A stretch of DNA of 64,000 nucleotides from an uncultured Armatimonadetes bacterium (lineage in GTDB: Bacteria; Armatimonadota; UBA5829; DTJY01), in the NCBI GenBank assembly GCA_963717145.1, contig OY970325.1, positions 2,688,001 to 2,752,000 of the forward strand. The letters run 5' to 3'. How positions within the stretch are numbered: position 1 is the stretch's first letter; every line of letters starts with the position of its first letter. Shown here in pieces: positions 52,076-62,637 of this stretch. The notes beneath the pieces are model-generated. The model made no database searches and was not told where the DNA came from. It worked only from the letters and a program-made list of their open reading frames with translations. The position numbers were made by a program, and so were the translations under genes.

Positions 52076-55000
52076 TCAGAACTCGCCTATGTCAACCAGG
52101 CACTTGTCATCCGTCAGGAAAACCGTCCTGCCGGAGACCGCCACCGACTTCGAGAAGATCCCGGATGACAGGAACGCCTGCGCGACCGGCGACGATGGAG
52201 ATGAGATATCGAATACCTGCAGCCCATTGCCCGTAGTCGAGTAGCTGCTGCTGGCAACGAATGCGCGACTGCCTGCCAGGCAGATGCCGACAGCAGAACC
52301 CCTGGCCGACGTGGTGCCCACCAGTTGAGGCAGTTTCGGCTGCGCAAGACTGACTACCTGAAGGCCGGAGTAGCCTGCAGCAATGTAAGCACGACCCTGG
52401 TCGATAGCAACATCGTAGGCGTTAGAGGGCGTCTGGAACGACCCTGCGATTACCGGCTTCAGGCTGTCCGTTGCATCAACGATCTGCAGCCCACCGGTAC
52501 CATCGGCGATGGCGACCAGATTCCCGGACGCTGAGACAGCAAACGCCTGCCCTGGTGTGTCAACTGATCCCAGTTTCCGAGGATGAAGAGGATCGCTTAT
52601 ATCAACTATTATCAGGCCGGCCAGGTATGCAGCCACGTAGGCCTTGCCACCCGATATGCACACGCCAAATGCGTAATCGTCCAAGCTCACGGTCGCATCC
52701 TCGAGCAGATCGGGATTCGCCGGATCGGATATATCCACTACCTTCAGACTCTTGCCATCCGCAACGAAAGCGTAGCCGTCCCCGCTGACCGCGACATCGT
52801 AAGGTGATTCCATCCGGAGATAGCCAACCGACGCAGGTTTTGATGTTTGAGTAAGATCATAAATATACAATGATGCCTGAGACGTCGCATACAGGTAGTT
52901 GGCGTTCACCGTTACACCATACGATCGATTGGCCTCTGCCAGTCCACTGGGACTGAACGGGACAGCGGGATTCGTTGCATCTATGATGGTCAGCCCTGAA
53001 GTGCGAGCAGCCAGGCACGCAATGCCACCGTGTTCAGCTACTCCACCCCGAATCGAGCCGGCTACCGCATGGAAAGATAACCTCAGCGGCGCTGAGGGAT
53101 TGGTCAGATCGTGAATCTCCAGTCCATTTGCAGTGATTGCATAGCTGGAGCTTGCTATGTATGCCAGGTTCCCCACATCGGACATATGGACGCCCGCTGC
53201 CGATCCCAGCGTCCGAGACTGGCCAAGCAGTTGCGGAGCCGAGCTGTCAGCGACCCCGACTGCGAGGACGCCCGCAGTCCGCGCGGCAACGTAGGCGATT
53301 CCCTGCCTCAGGTCAACGTCGAGCGCATAGTCGGGAGTCGCAAGGGATCCCGCAAGCACGGGGGCTCGAGGATCAGTTACATTCACCGTCAACATGCCGC
53401 CACTGCCATCCGCCACGACGGCCAGATTGCCCTCTACAGACACCGCATTGGCCTGGCCAACCGTGTCTACCGTGCCAAGCATCGACGGGGCAAGGCGATT
53501 CTGAATATCGACGATCGCCAGCCCCGCCGTGTAGTTGGCCACGTACAACTTGTTGTCTGATACGCACAGACCGAACACGAAGTCCGGCATCGCAAGGGTC
53601 GCGACCACCGCCGGGTTCGTTGGATCCCGTACGTCCACAACCTTCAGATCCCTGCTGGCGCCGACGTAGACGAATCCATCGCCGCTCGTCGCCACATCAT
53701 ACGGGTAGCTGATGTCCGCAGAACCCGTGACTAACGGGTTCTGCGGATCGGTTATGTCTACCACCTGGAGGCCGGTGGATGACGTGACGTATGCGTATGG
53801 TCCTGACATCGCGACCCAGTACGCCTCGCCGATCACCGGAGTCTTTGCGACCCAGCGCGGCTGGATCGGCACGTCGATGATAAGGCTGGCGAGATTGGAG
53901 TAGAGCCCGGAGGAGGATCCACCCGCATAGACTCGATAGCTGTACTGCGTGAGCGGTACGCACGACTGATCGACGTATGTCGTGGTATTCGCCGGCAGGG
54001 TAGTGGCCTGCCATGGCCCGCTCACTCCATTTGTGCTTCTCTCAACGACGTAGCTGGTCTCGCGCTGGCTGTTGTCCGCCCATGTGAGGCTTATGCTGTT
54101 CGATGAGGTCGCGACCGCGCTCAGATTCGAGGGCGGCTTCAGCATCGTGGTATCGGAAGCAACCGCCGAGTAATCCGAGTTCACACCATTATTGACGGAG
54201 CAGACGCGGTAGTAATAGGTGGTTCCCTCCGACAGGCTCACATCCTTGTATGTCTTGACGTCCGCGCCCACGGTCTTGACCGCACTGAAGCCCGTGGTAG
54301 ACATCGTGCTGCGCTCGATTGCGAAGCCCGTCTCGTTCGCGGACGTATCGCTCCAGGTGAGGTTGATCTCACTGTCCGAAGCCGCGGTGGCGCTCAGATT
54401 CGTCGGAGCAGCCGGCTTGACAGGCGGAGACGCAGGCGTCGTCACGGCCAATGTGTTCGAGTAGACGGAGTTGCCGGCCGTGTTGTACGCGCAGACTCTG
54501 TACAGGTATGACGTCGATGCAGAAACCGCGGCGTCCGAGTAGACAGCGGTTCCTGCCGCAGTCGTGTTGATCTGAACGAACACTCCGGTCGAAGCGGGCG
54601 CTCGCTCGACCTTGAACAGAGTCTCATCCGACGAATTGTCGGCCCACTGCAGATCGACCTTGTTGTATGCATTCGCCTTCAGGACGAGACCAGTCGGCGC
54701 TGCGGGCTTGGTTGGCGGAGCAGCAGGGGTCGTCACGGCCAATGTGTTCGAATAGACGGAGTTGCCCGCCGTGTTGTACGCGCAGACTCTGTACAGGTAT
54801 GACGTCGATGCAGAAACCGCGGCGTCCGAGTAGGTAGCGGTTCCCGCCGCAGTCGTGTCGATCTGAACGAAAACTCCGGTCGAAGCAGGCGCTCGCTCGA
54901 CCTTGAATAGAGTCTCATCCGAAGAATTGTCGGCCCACTGCAGATCGACCTTATTGTATGCATTCGCCGTCACTGCCAGATTCGTCGGGGCGGCCGGCTT

Positions 55001-56263
55001 GGTCGCCGGAGGCGCAGGCGTCGTCACGGCCAATGTGTTCGAGTAGATGGAGTTGCCCGCCGTGTTGTTCGCACAGACCCTATACAGGTATGCTGTCGAT
55101 GCAGAAACGGTCGCGTCCGAATACGTGATGGACTCCGCCACGGCTGTGTTGATCTGGACGAACACTCCGGTCGACGCCGGCGCTCGCTCGATCTTGAACA
55201 GAGTCTCATCCGAAGAATTGTCGACCCACTGCAGATCAACCTTATTGTATGCATTCACCTTCAAGACGAGACCAGTTGGCGCTGCAGGCCTGGTCGGCGG
55301 AGGAGCAGGCGTAGTCACGGTCACTGTATTCGAGTAGGCCGAGTTGCCCGCCGAATTCGATGCCAGGACGCGGTACCGATATCCTGTCGACGCAGAGACC
55401 GTCGCGTCCGCGTAGGTAGTGGATTCGGCGCTGGCTGTGTTTATCTGCACGAACGATCCGCTCGACGCCGGCGCTCGCTCGATCTTGAACAGAGTCTCAT
55501 TCGAAGAATTGTCGACCCACTGCAGATTGACGTTGCTTGCAGCGACTGACGTGGCAGCAAGCCCCGTAGGAGCAACAGGTAAAGTTGGCGGCTCTGCCGG
55601 CGTCGTTACAGCTACCGTATTCGAGTCGTCCGAGTCGCCGGTCGCGTTCTCTGCGCAAACTCGGTACTGATATGCCGTCGAGGCGGAAACCGTAGAGTCC
55701 GAATAGTTGGTGAACCCCGCTCCAACCGTGTCAATCTCGGCAAACGATCCGGTCGAAACCAGCGCTCGCTCGATCTTGAACAGAGTCTCATTCGAAGAAT
55801 TGTCGACCCACTGCAGACTGACGCTGCTATGAGAGGCTGCGGTCACGACGAGTCCGGTGGGAGCATCAGGCAGCGGACTGCCACCGGTGGTCCACACGGT
55901 AACCTTGTTGGATAGCACGTGACCGGTGCTTAGTGTGGCATCGATCTCGAACCAGTACTCGGTACCCGGGGTCAAGGGACTGATGTTCGTCATCGTCACC
56001 CTGTTCACGCTCTTCGTGTTGCGGTCGTCGCCACCGACCTCTCCCCAAGCGACCGAGTAGCCCCTGAGTACGCCCCCTGAGAGGATCAGCGACCACTTCA
56101 GTGCTATCGAGGTGTCGGTGGCTTTCGTGACGGACAGGTTCAGTGTGTTACCCGCCGCCTGTACAGGCGAAGACATGGGTGGAAGAAGCAGCAGACCTGC
56201 CGCCAGCAGCACTACTGCCAACGTGGCGGTCAACCACCTCGCGGTGTGTTCACGTTTCAACAT
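52076..56263 (-). CDS. Secreted protein with 8 fibronectin type III domains and LVIVD-repeat beta-propellers
   Basis: RBS AAGGAGGT; signal peptide; PxAPTxL...LQWxDNSSxETxFxxER units (291-bp period); many GLxIVD(I/V)SDPxxP repeats. Confidence 0.9.
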   Translation of the reverse strand: MLKREHTARWLTATLAVVLLAAGLLLLPPMSSPVQAAGNTLNLSVTKATDTSIALKWSLILSGGVLRGYSVAWGEVGGDDRNTKSVNRVTMTNISPLTPGTEYWFEIDATLSTGHVLSNKVTVWTTGGSPLPDAPTGLVVTAASHSSVSLQWVDNSSNETLFKIERALVSTGSFAEIDTVGAGFTNYSDSTVSASTAYQYRVCAENATGDSDDSNTVAVTTPAEPPTLPVAPTGLAATSVAASNVNLQWVDNSSNETLFKIERAPASSGSFVQINTASAESTTYADATVSASTGYRYRVLASNSAGNSAYSNTVTVTTPAPPPTRPAAPTGLVLKVNAYNKVDLQWVDNSSDETLFKIERAPASTGVFVQINTAVAESITYSDATVSASTAYLYRVCANNTAGNSIYSNTLAVTTPAPPATKPAAPTNLAVTANAYNKVDLQWADNSSDETLFKVERAPASTGVFVQIDTTAAGTATYSDAAVSASTSYLYRVCAYNTAGNSVYSNTLAVTTPAAPPTKPAAPTGLVLKANAYNKVDLQWADNSSDETLFKVERAPASTGVFVQINTTAAGTAVYSDAAVSASTSYLYRVCAYNTAGNSVYSNTLAVTTPASPPVKPAAPTNLSATAASDSEINLTWSDTSANETGFAIERSTMSTTGFSAVKTVGADVKTYKDVSLSEGTTYYYRVCSVNNGVNSDYSAVASDTTMLKPPSNLSAVATSSNSISLTWADNSQRETSYVVERSTNGVSGPWQATTLPANTTTYVDQSCVPLTQYSYRVYAGGSSSGLYSNLASLIIDVPIQPRWVAKTPVIGEAYWVAMSGPYAYVTSSTGLQVVDITDPQNPLVTGSADISYPYDVATSGDGFVYVGASRDLKVVDVRDPTNPAVVATLAMPDFVFGLCVSDNKLYVANYTAGLAIVDIQNRLAPSMLGTVDTVGQANAVSVEGNLAVVADGSGGMLTVNVTDPRAPVLAGSLATPDYALDVDLRQGIAYVAARTAGVLAVGVADSSAPQLLGQSRTLGSAAGVHMSDVGNLAYIASSSYAITANGLEIHDLTNPSAPLRLSFHAVAGSIRGGVAEHGGIACLAARTSGLTIIDATNPAVPFSPSGLAEANRSYGVTVNANYLYATSQASLYIYDLTQTSKPASVGYLRMESPYDVAVSGDGYAFVADGKSLKVVDISDPANPDLLEDATVSLDDYAFGVCISGGKAYVAAYLAGLIIVDISDPLHPRKLGSVDTPGQAFAVSASGNLVAIADGTGGLQIVDATDSLKPVIAGSFQTPSNAYDVAIDQGRAYIAAGYSGLQVVSLAQPKLPQLVGTTSARGSAVGICLAGSRAFVASSSYSTTGNGLQVFDISSPSSPVAQAFLSSGIFSKSVAVSGRTVFLTDDKCLVDIGEF

Positions 56264-57242
56264 ACGGAACCTCCTTCAGAGAGGTCATCCAGTACGGATG
56301 CCTGATCACGCGCTTGGTGTATGAGACCTGGGGCAGGCTGGTAGCATCGACAGACAGGTGATCCGACGACGAAAACTCCAGGAAGCTGTGCCGGCCTCCC
56401 GGATCCCATCGTGCCCACGGTCACTTGCTGTAGCTTTGGAATACCCCTGTTTCGCAGTCCGGACTGCGGACTGCTGTCCCCATACACGGTGCTTATGCCA
56501 TGATCGGGTGACTGATGATCCGAGCATTCATACCTGTTTTTGGCGTTCACTGGCTGTACCACAGACCGCTGACTCCATACCCTGGCTTTGTCTCCACGAG
56601 CGCTCGCACAATCGGCCCGCAACCGCTAGGAGAGCAAGCGCCCGCTTGTATATGGAGTAATCTTAGTGTCGGCATGTGAAGCTATCACCTTTATAGCCAT
56701 CGGCGGCAAACCATGCTCATTATACCCAGCACACCGCCAACTAAACCTTATCATCAATACGATTGTCGGCAGGACTGTCGATAGTCCTGCCCCCTACTTG
56801 CTAACTTAGGGCCGGTTCGCTGTACAAATCGAGATCATATCGGCAGCCTGCAGATGGGTAGGAGGGCGTTCCAATGCGTGACCGGACGCGGACTTACACG
56901 GACGAGGGTTCATCAACTGACAGTACATCGTGTACAACATGAGCGTGTCCTTACGCACTGGTGCGGGGATTCGCGCCCGCCTTCCGCAAGCCTCTTGCCT
57001 GCTGCTCGGTCTCCGGGCAATCCCCGCTCTGACCGTACATCTCTTTTTCGACTGCAGAGCAACCGCCGTTGTTCCCCGACTCGGGGCTCACAGGCCCACC
57101 GAGCATCCTGACTTAGCACGGGGCCGCTCACTTCGGGCGCAACCCTGTAAGACATGTCGGGGAATGTATTGCTTCCCCTCACACCACTATTGTATCATAT
57201 TTTGTCAACATTGCGTCAACATTTGTTCACGAATCAGGTGTC

Positions 57243-58577
57243 CTACGGAGTAGCCTCTTTCGCGCCCTGAGAGGGCTTATCAAACGACGCGATCCGACCG
57301 ATTACCAGGAACAGGAACGTAATACCGATGATCGGCATGACTCCCATAAGCATGATCGGGCCGGTAAACGAGCCGAACTTAGCCGCAAGGTATCCGGTGA
57401 CATAGGTGATCGCTATTCCGCCGAAACCCGCACCCATATGCGAGAGACCGGCCGCCGAGCCGACGATGCTCTTCGGCAGAACATCCGCCGGGATTGTCAA
57501 CATATTGACCGACCAACTCTGGTAGCAGAACATGACGATAGCGATCAGACCGACCGCAACGTTGATCGGCACGAAGGGCACTGCGAGGCCGACCATCATC
57601 AGGGTTGCGCAGGGGACCATGACCGTTTTGCGAGCACGGTTGATGCTCCATCCGCGCTTCACCAAGTTACTGGACGCCCACCCACCGAAGAGGTTCCCAA
57701 AATCTGATGCGAGGAATGAGAGTGTGGCAAAAACGGCCATCTTCTTGATATCCACGCCCCTGTCCTGCACGAAGTACATCGGCAGCCAGAAGGTGTAGAA
57801 CCACCAGATCGGATCCATGAAGAAACGGGTGAACACGACACCCCGCACCGCCTTGATCTTGAGCAGGTCCGGCCAGCGAACCTTCTCTGCTGCTGCGGAG
57901 GAGTGCTCTTCCTCTTGGGCACTGAGTATGTACTCCCGCTCCTCGTCGGTCACCAGGGGATGCTCACTGATCGGTCGGTAGAGGGCAAGCCATCCGATGA
58001 CCCAGACGAAGCCGATCAGACCGACGACAATGAAGGGCATGCGCCAACTATAACTCAGAAGCCAGACCACGAGGAGTGGCGCGATGACCGCGCCGACCGA
58101 CGAGCCGCTGTTGAACCATCCGATGGCAAATGAGCGCTCGCGGGCGGGAAACCACTCGGATATCGTCTTGATCGCCGCGGGCCAGTTCGCTGATTCTCCG
58201 AGTCCAAGGACGAACCGACAGGCGATGAAGCCGAGGACGATCGGCGCAACCGCGATCGGGATGATGCTCGAAAGCCCCTCACCGATCGATGCTGCCCACG
58301 CGGTCAGTACTCCCGCCGCCGACCAGACGGCCATCGACAGCACGTATCCTTTGCGCGAGCCGAGCTTGTCCATCAGCCAACCGGAGATGCTCGGCCCGAT
58401 CGTATAGGCCCAGAGGAACGCGGAGAAGACCAGTGCGAGCGTCGGGTCGTCAAGATGGTAGATCTCCTTTAGCACCGGCGCGGAGAGATTGATCGTCATG
58501 CGGTCGAGGTAGTTGATGATCGTTGCGAGAAAGATCAGCGCCAGAATGTACCATCTCACATGAGGTATCTTCTTCAC
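57243..58577 (-). CDS. MFS transporter, ExuT/hexuronate (anion:cation symporter) family
   Basis: INYLDR, GWLMDKLGSR, WFPARERS, DPIWWFYTFWLP; GTGA overlap with the upstream gene. Confidence 0.9.
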   Translation of the reverse strand: MKKIPHVRWYILALIFLATIINYLDRMTINLSAPVLKEIYHLDDPTLALVFSAFLWAYTIGPSISGWLMDKLGSRKGYVLSMAVWSAAGVLTAWAASIGEGLSSIIPIAVAPIVLGFIACRFVLGLGESANWPAAIKTISEWFPARERSFAIGWFNSGSSVGAVIAPLLVVWLLSYSWRMPFIVVGLIGFVWVIGWLALYRPISEHPLVTDEEREYILSAQEEEHSSAAAEKVRWPDLLKIKAVRGVVFTRFFMDPIWWFYTFWLPMYFVQDRGVDIKKMAVFATLSFLASDFGNLFGGWASSNLVKRGWSINRARKTVMVPCATLMMVGLAVPFVPINVAVGLIAIVMFCYQSWSVNMLTIPADVLPKSIVGSAAGLSHMGAGFGGIAITYVTGYLAAKFGSFTGPIMLMGVMPIIGITFLFLVIGRIASFDKPSQGAKEATP

Positions 58578-59611
58578 GAATGACTCCCTTCCCAGGCTCT
58601 CACGGCCTCAACGAGCGCGTCGATGTTCTCCGAGGTCGTGCCGGCAGAGACGCCGCCGCCTGCCGAGAGGATGATCCGCCCGTTCGTCGCATTCAGGCAT
58701 CGGTTCGCCCACGCCGTGACCTCCTCCGGTATGCCTCGCGCCAGGACTCCGAGCGGTGGGACGCTTCCCATCAGCGTCACCCGGTCGCCGAGCCGCTTGT
58801 GCGCGTCCTCGATATCGAACTCATGGCTGAAGTTGAGTATCCCGATGCCCAGATCGGCCATCCGCTCGGCGAACGGTTGGATGCTAGCATCGTTATGATA
58901 CAACCTCAGCATTAGCGGGAAAGCGTCGAATATCCTCTTCAGGTACGGATGCGCGAATTCGTCGTAGTCGGTCGGCGAGAGCAGGCCGGGGATATCATCG
59001 AGTACGAGGATGCTCTCCACGTCAGGGAGGTTCTCCGCCTGAGCACGGAGCCAGCGGATGACGGTCTCGGTGCAGAGGTCGAGCAGCTTGTGCGACGGCT
59101 CGGGGTCGATCTTGATGTCGGTGAGGAACTCAGTCACGCCTCGGAGGTGCGTCGCCAGTGCGAGCGGTCCTCGGGCGGCGACCATGCGGATCGAATACCC
59201 CATCGGCTCGATCTGCCTCTGTGTCCACTGCTGCAGGTGCAGGACGAACGGCATCAGGCCGTGGACCTTCGGATTCGGGATCTCCAGACGGCTGACCTCA
59301 GAGATGTCCTCGATTATGTGCGAGACCGAGGCGGGCGAATCCTTCCACAAGGAGACTCGGCAGCCGAACGCGGACGGCTCCGTCGCCATGCCGTATTCGA
59401 CCCAGAACCCCGGCACGAAGATGACGTCCGGGAAGCGCTGCATCATCTCCAAGTTGGCCGCGAGCCACTTCTCCGGCTCGACGAAGTACTCCATCGCGCT
59501 GATGCCGGCCCATCCGGGGATCCACGGGCTGTCGACGATCAAGGCGACGCACGGCTTCTCGATCTTCCCAGCCGCCGCCCGGCGCAGGGTTTCGAATTGC
59601 TCTTTGGTCAT
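58574..59611 (-). CDS. Uroporphyrinogen decarboxylase-like / MtaA-CmuA family protein
   Basis: EPSAFG, RGPLALA..LRG, YDEFAHPYLKRI, LYHND, LMGSVPP, ILSAGGG. Confidence 0.8.
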   Translation of the reverse strand: MTKEQFETLRRAAAGKIEKPCVALIVDSPWIPGWAGISAMEYFVEPEKWLAANLEMMQRFPDVIFVPGFWVEYGMATEPSAFGCRVSLWKDSPASVSHIIEDISEVSRLEIPNPKVHGLMPFVLHLQQWTQRQIEPMGYSIRMVAARGPLALATHLRGVTEFLTDIKIDPEPSHKLLDLCTETVIRWLRAQAENLPDVESILVLDDIPGLLSPTDYDEFAHPYLKRIFDAFPLMLRLYHNDASIQPFAERMADLGIGILNFSHEFDIEDAHKRLGDRVTLMGSVPPLGVLARGIPEEVTAWANRCLNATNGRIILSAGGGVSAGTTSENIDALVEAVRAWEGSHS

Positions 59612-59639
59612 CACAGACTCCTCCGGATAAAGATGTCCA

Positions 59640-59760
59640 CCTTACGAAGGGGGACCGGCCTCCGGGCCGAGGGGGTTTCTCCGGCAGATGGAACCGCCAA
59701 GACGCCAAGACCGCCAAGCAAACCTCCCCCGGCCTGCCGGCCGGCCCCTCCTTCGTAAGG
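59640..59760. repeat. Composite intergenic repeat: inverted repeat enclosing CGCCAAG direct repeats
   Basis: CCTTACGAAGG...CCTTCGTAAGG arms with imperfect inner extension; CGCCAAG x3 at 59695-59718. Confidence 0.65.
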
Positions 59761-59778
59761 AAGGGCGCAGATATTCTC

Positions 59779-62541
59779 CTACGGCAGATTCACATCTCCC
59801 GGGGCGGCCTTGTGCCCAAGGGCCGCACCCTCCTCCAGGCCGGAGATGCGGGCCGAGGAGTCCCTGGCGTTCTTCCAGAAACGCAGGACGAACTCAGTGC
59901 CGGCAGCCTGGGCGGCCTCGGATGTCTCGCCTGCCAGGATGAGCCACTGCCGCCCGCTGCCGACGTCCTGCAGAACCACCGCCCCCCTGTCCGCCGGGAG
60001 TTGGAGAGAGGACGGTGCAATCAACGGGTTCGTCTTCGGCGTTCCGACCAGGATGAGATTGCCCTTCCAGTCCTTGGGGATATCAGCCACACTGCAGAGA
60101 CGGAGTTCCCGTCCGATTGCAGACTGGAGCGTGTTGCGTGCCTGGTAGGCCATCTCCAACTCGATGATGGGGCAATCGACGCCGAATGCTATGCAGACCG
60201 GCTTGCTGTAGTCGAACTTGGTGACGACATCGGGGCCCTGCGGGTAATCCACCTTGTCGGCGAGAACCGGCGGATCGAACTTCGGCGCGCCGGGGTTTGA
60301 TACGATCCCCCAGCCGTATGCCACGCCACCTGCATATTCGGCCTTCAGGAAGTAGTGGTACGCGCCAGGCAGAGCGTTCGGACTGAGAAGCTCGATGGTC
60401 CCGGACGCCTTCCCACCCGGCATCAGGCTGAGCGTGCTCTTAGACAGCCTACCGAAGAGTTCCTGGTAGAACTCCAGGGAGAGCTTGATCTCGGCCCGCT
60501 TCCCGGTCTTGTTCTCGATGGTGAAGCCGGCGGATGCCTTGCCGTTCCTGAGAGTGACCTCGTCTATCTTGATCGGCAGCACGCGGACCGGCGCGTCCGG
60601 TCGAGCGTACTCCTTGATGAGCTTCATGAACTCGATCGCCTCTGATTTGGGCCGGCGGTCGAGATTGATCATCTCGTAGTGCCGGAGTCCCTGCCTGGTG
60701 AGCCGCGGGTTGACGCTCATCGTCTCCTGCCAGTGGAACTGGAAGAACTCGGGAATCGCGCGCGGCTCGAGCATCTTGCTGTAGATGCCCTTGAACTCCC
60801 GGGCGCGGACCTCCGGCGATAGGTACGTCAGGTACTTCCAGTTGAACTCGCCGAGGGTCGGCTGCATGCCGAGTTCGGATGCGTGGCCGGCGACACCGAT
60901 TGCGACCGATGGGATCGTCTCTTTGAAGGCCGGGCGGTGCTTGTAGTTGTGATACCCCACCCTGTCGAACGGGATGCCGAGCTGCACCAGCCGCTCGAAC
61001 TGCCCCTGGTTGCACGCGCTGGTGAGGAAGACCTGCGTATCCGGGGCAACCTTCTTGATCGCGTTGTAGCACGCCGTCCAGCGCTCCGCATCGCCGGGTC
61101 TGATACCGACGATCAGGATCTCGTTGTCGATCTCGATGCGCTTGACGACATCCTTGTACCGCCCCGCCAGAAACGCCATCCACTCCGGAGAACCGGATGT
61201 GTCGATCAGCACTCTGAGCCCCAGCTTGCGGCACTCATCCATGTAGAAGTCGAGGAACGCGACGGCATTGGGCCTCCTCATCTCGCCGATGATCTCCAGG
61301 TGATGGAGGCGGACCCAGTCGAAGCCCATGGCCTTGATGATCCGGAGGTCGGTCTTCATCTGCGGCTCAAACGAACGCCATTTCTCCCACATCACCGGCG
61401 AGAACGGCCACCATCCCTCGCGGTCGAGGCCCTTCGTGCGGTAGTAGTCGAAGTTCTCGGTCATCGTGGAATACGGGAAGTAGCTCGTCCCGAACTCGAC
61501 ATACGGCACTCCGAGATCGACCGTTGATTTGTCAGCGGATTCGGTCACGTAGCGGTATCCGGCATAGGACTGGAACTGGCCGTCCTCCCAGCCCTTCTTC
61601 GGCGACTGGGATACGGCAAACCGGTAGCCGAGCTTGACGGGTTCGCCCTTGGCGGGAGGGGTGTATGTCCTGACGCCCATCGCGCCCTTGCCCTCCTGCT
61701 CGGGGTTCGGGCCGGCGATCTCAGTGATGAGATAGAGACTGTCGCCGTCTCGGATGACTCGCTCGCGGGCATAGAAATAGTTGGCCAGCGCCCATCGCCC
61801 GACGCTGTTCTTGTACGTATAGCCTGGAGTGAACTTGCTGGTGGCGAGGAAGGACCTGCCGTCCGACTTCCAGGACAGCCAGTCGACGCCATGAGCCAGG
61901 GATGTGATGCGGTCGCCTTCCTTGGGCAGATCGATGCCGTCGATCATGAGGCCGTTCCAGCGCATCTTGAGGCCATCGACCTTCGGCATCGTGATCCGTC
62001 GGACCAGGGCGATATACGCATCCGCTGGTCCGTCGCCGACCCGGGTAACGGTCACGTTGACATCCGCCCAGGAATCACCACAGGCCGTGAAGTCGACGAT
62101 AACGCGGTATCCGTTGACCCGATCGATCATGTCGACTGTACCGTGAGGACCACCGCCAAGTGCTGTGATTGGATCGTGGAAGACGGACGGCACCTGTGAG
62201 GCTTGACCCTCGCGACCGGGGATAACGACGAGCCCTAAACCGAGCGCCCCTCTCCCGAACATGGTGGACCCGGAGAGCTTCGGCTCGGAGCGGTCCCATT
62301 TCAGGCTGACCGACGAGCGAGCTGACACGTCGGCCAGGATACGTGCTGTTCCGCCAGCGACGCTACCCCGAGCACCCTTGCCGTCGTAGACCCCGTCGGG
62401 CATGGTCGTATTGAAGACCACTGGGCCATTGTAGCTGAAGTCGTAGTTGTTCCGGATCAGGATGGATGGAGCAGCGGACACACAACCAATTGTCAGATAG
62501 ATCAACGTGAGCAGCATGAGCGATCGCTTAGACAGATGCAC
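59779..62541 (-). CDS. Secreted multi-domain protein with a clan GH-A-like TIM-barrel glycoside hydrolase domain
   Basis: Signal peptide; DLRIIKAMGFDWVRLH, IEIDNE (acid/base-like), GYHNY, LGEFN (nucleophile-like). Confidence 0.65.
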   Translation of the reverse strand: MHLSKRSLMLLTLIYLTIGCVSAAPSILIRNNYDFSYNGPVVFNTTMPDGVYDGKGARGSVAGGTARILADVSARSSVSLKWDRSEPKLSGSTMFGRGALGLGLVVIPGREGQASQVPSVFHDPITALGGGPHGTVDMIDRVNGYRVIVDFTACGDSWADVNVTVTRVGDGPADAYIALVRRITMPKVDGLKMRWNGLMIDGIDLPKEGDRITSLAHGVDWLSWKSDGRSFLATSKFTPGYTYKNSVGRWALANYFYARERVIRDGDSLYLITEIAGPNPEQEGKGAMGVRTYTPPAKGEPVKLGYRFAVSQSPKKGWEDGQFQSYAGYRYVTESADKSTVDLGVPYVEFGTSYFPYSTMTENFDYYRTKGLDREGWWPFSPVMWEKWRSFEPQMKTDLRIIKAMGFDWVRLHHLEIIGEMRRPNAVAFLDFYMDECRKLGLRVLIDTSGSPEWMAFLAGRYKDVVKRIEIDNEILIVGIRPGDAERWTACYNAIKKVAPDTQVFLTSACNQGQFERLVQLGIPFDRVGYHNYKHRPAFKETIPSVAIGVAGHASELGMQPTLGEFNWKYLTYLSPEVRAREFKGIYSKMLEPRAIPEFFQFHWQETMSVNPRLTRQGLRHYEMINLDRRPKSEAIEFMKLIKEYARPDAPVRVLPIKIDEVTLRNGKASAGFTIENKTGKRAEIKLSLEFYQELFGRLSKSTLSLMPGGKASGTIELLSPNALPGAYHYFLKAEYAGGVAYGWGIVSNPGAPKFDPPVLADKVDYPQGPDVVTKFDYSKPVCIAFGVDCPIIELEMAYQARNTLQSAIGRELRLCSVADIPKDWKGNLILVGTPKTNPLIAPSSLQLPADRGAVVLQDVGSGRQWLILAGETSEAAQAAGTEFVLRFWKNARDSSARISGLEEGAALGHKAAPGDVNLP

Positions 62542-62637
62542 CTGGTGATACCTCCATGGCCCGAGAAGCGGCGTAGTCGAATGCGGCCAAGCGGGAACAT
62601 GATACCGTGACCCGAGAGTGATGTCAACGAGAAACGG

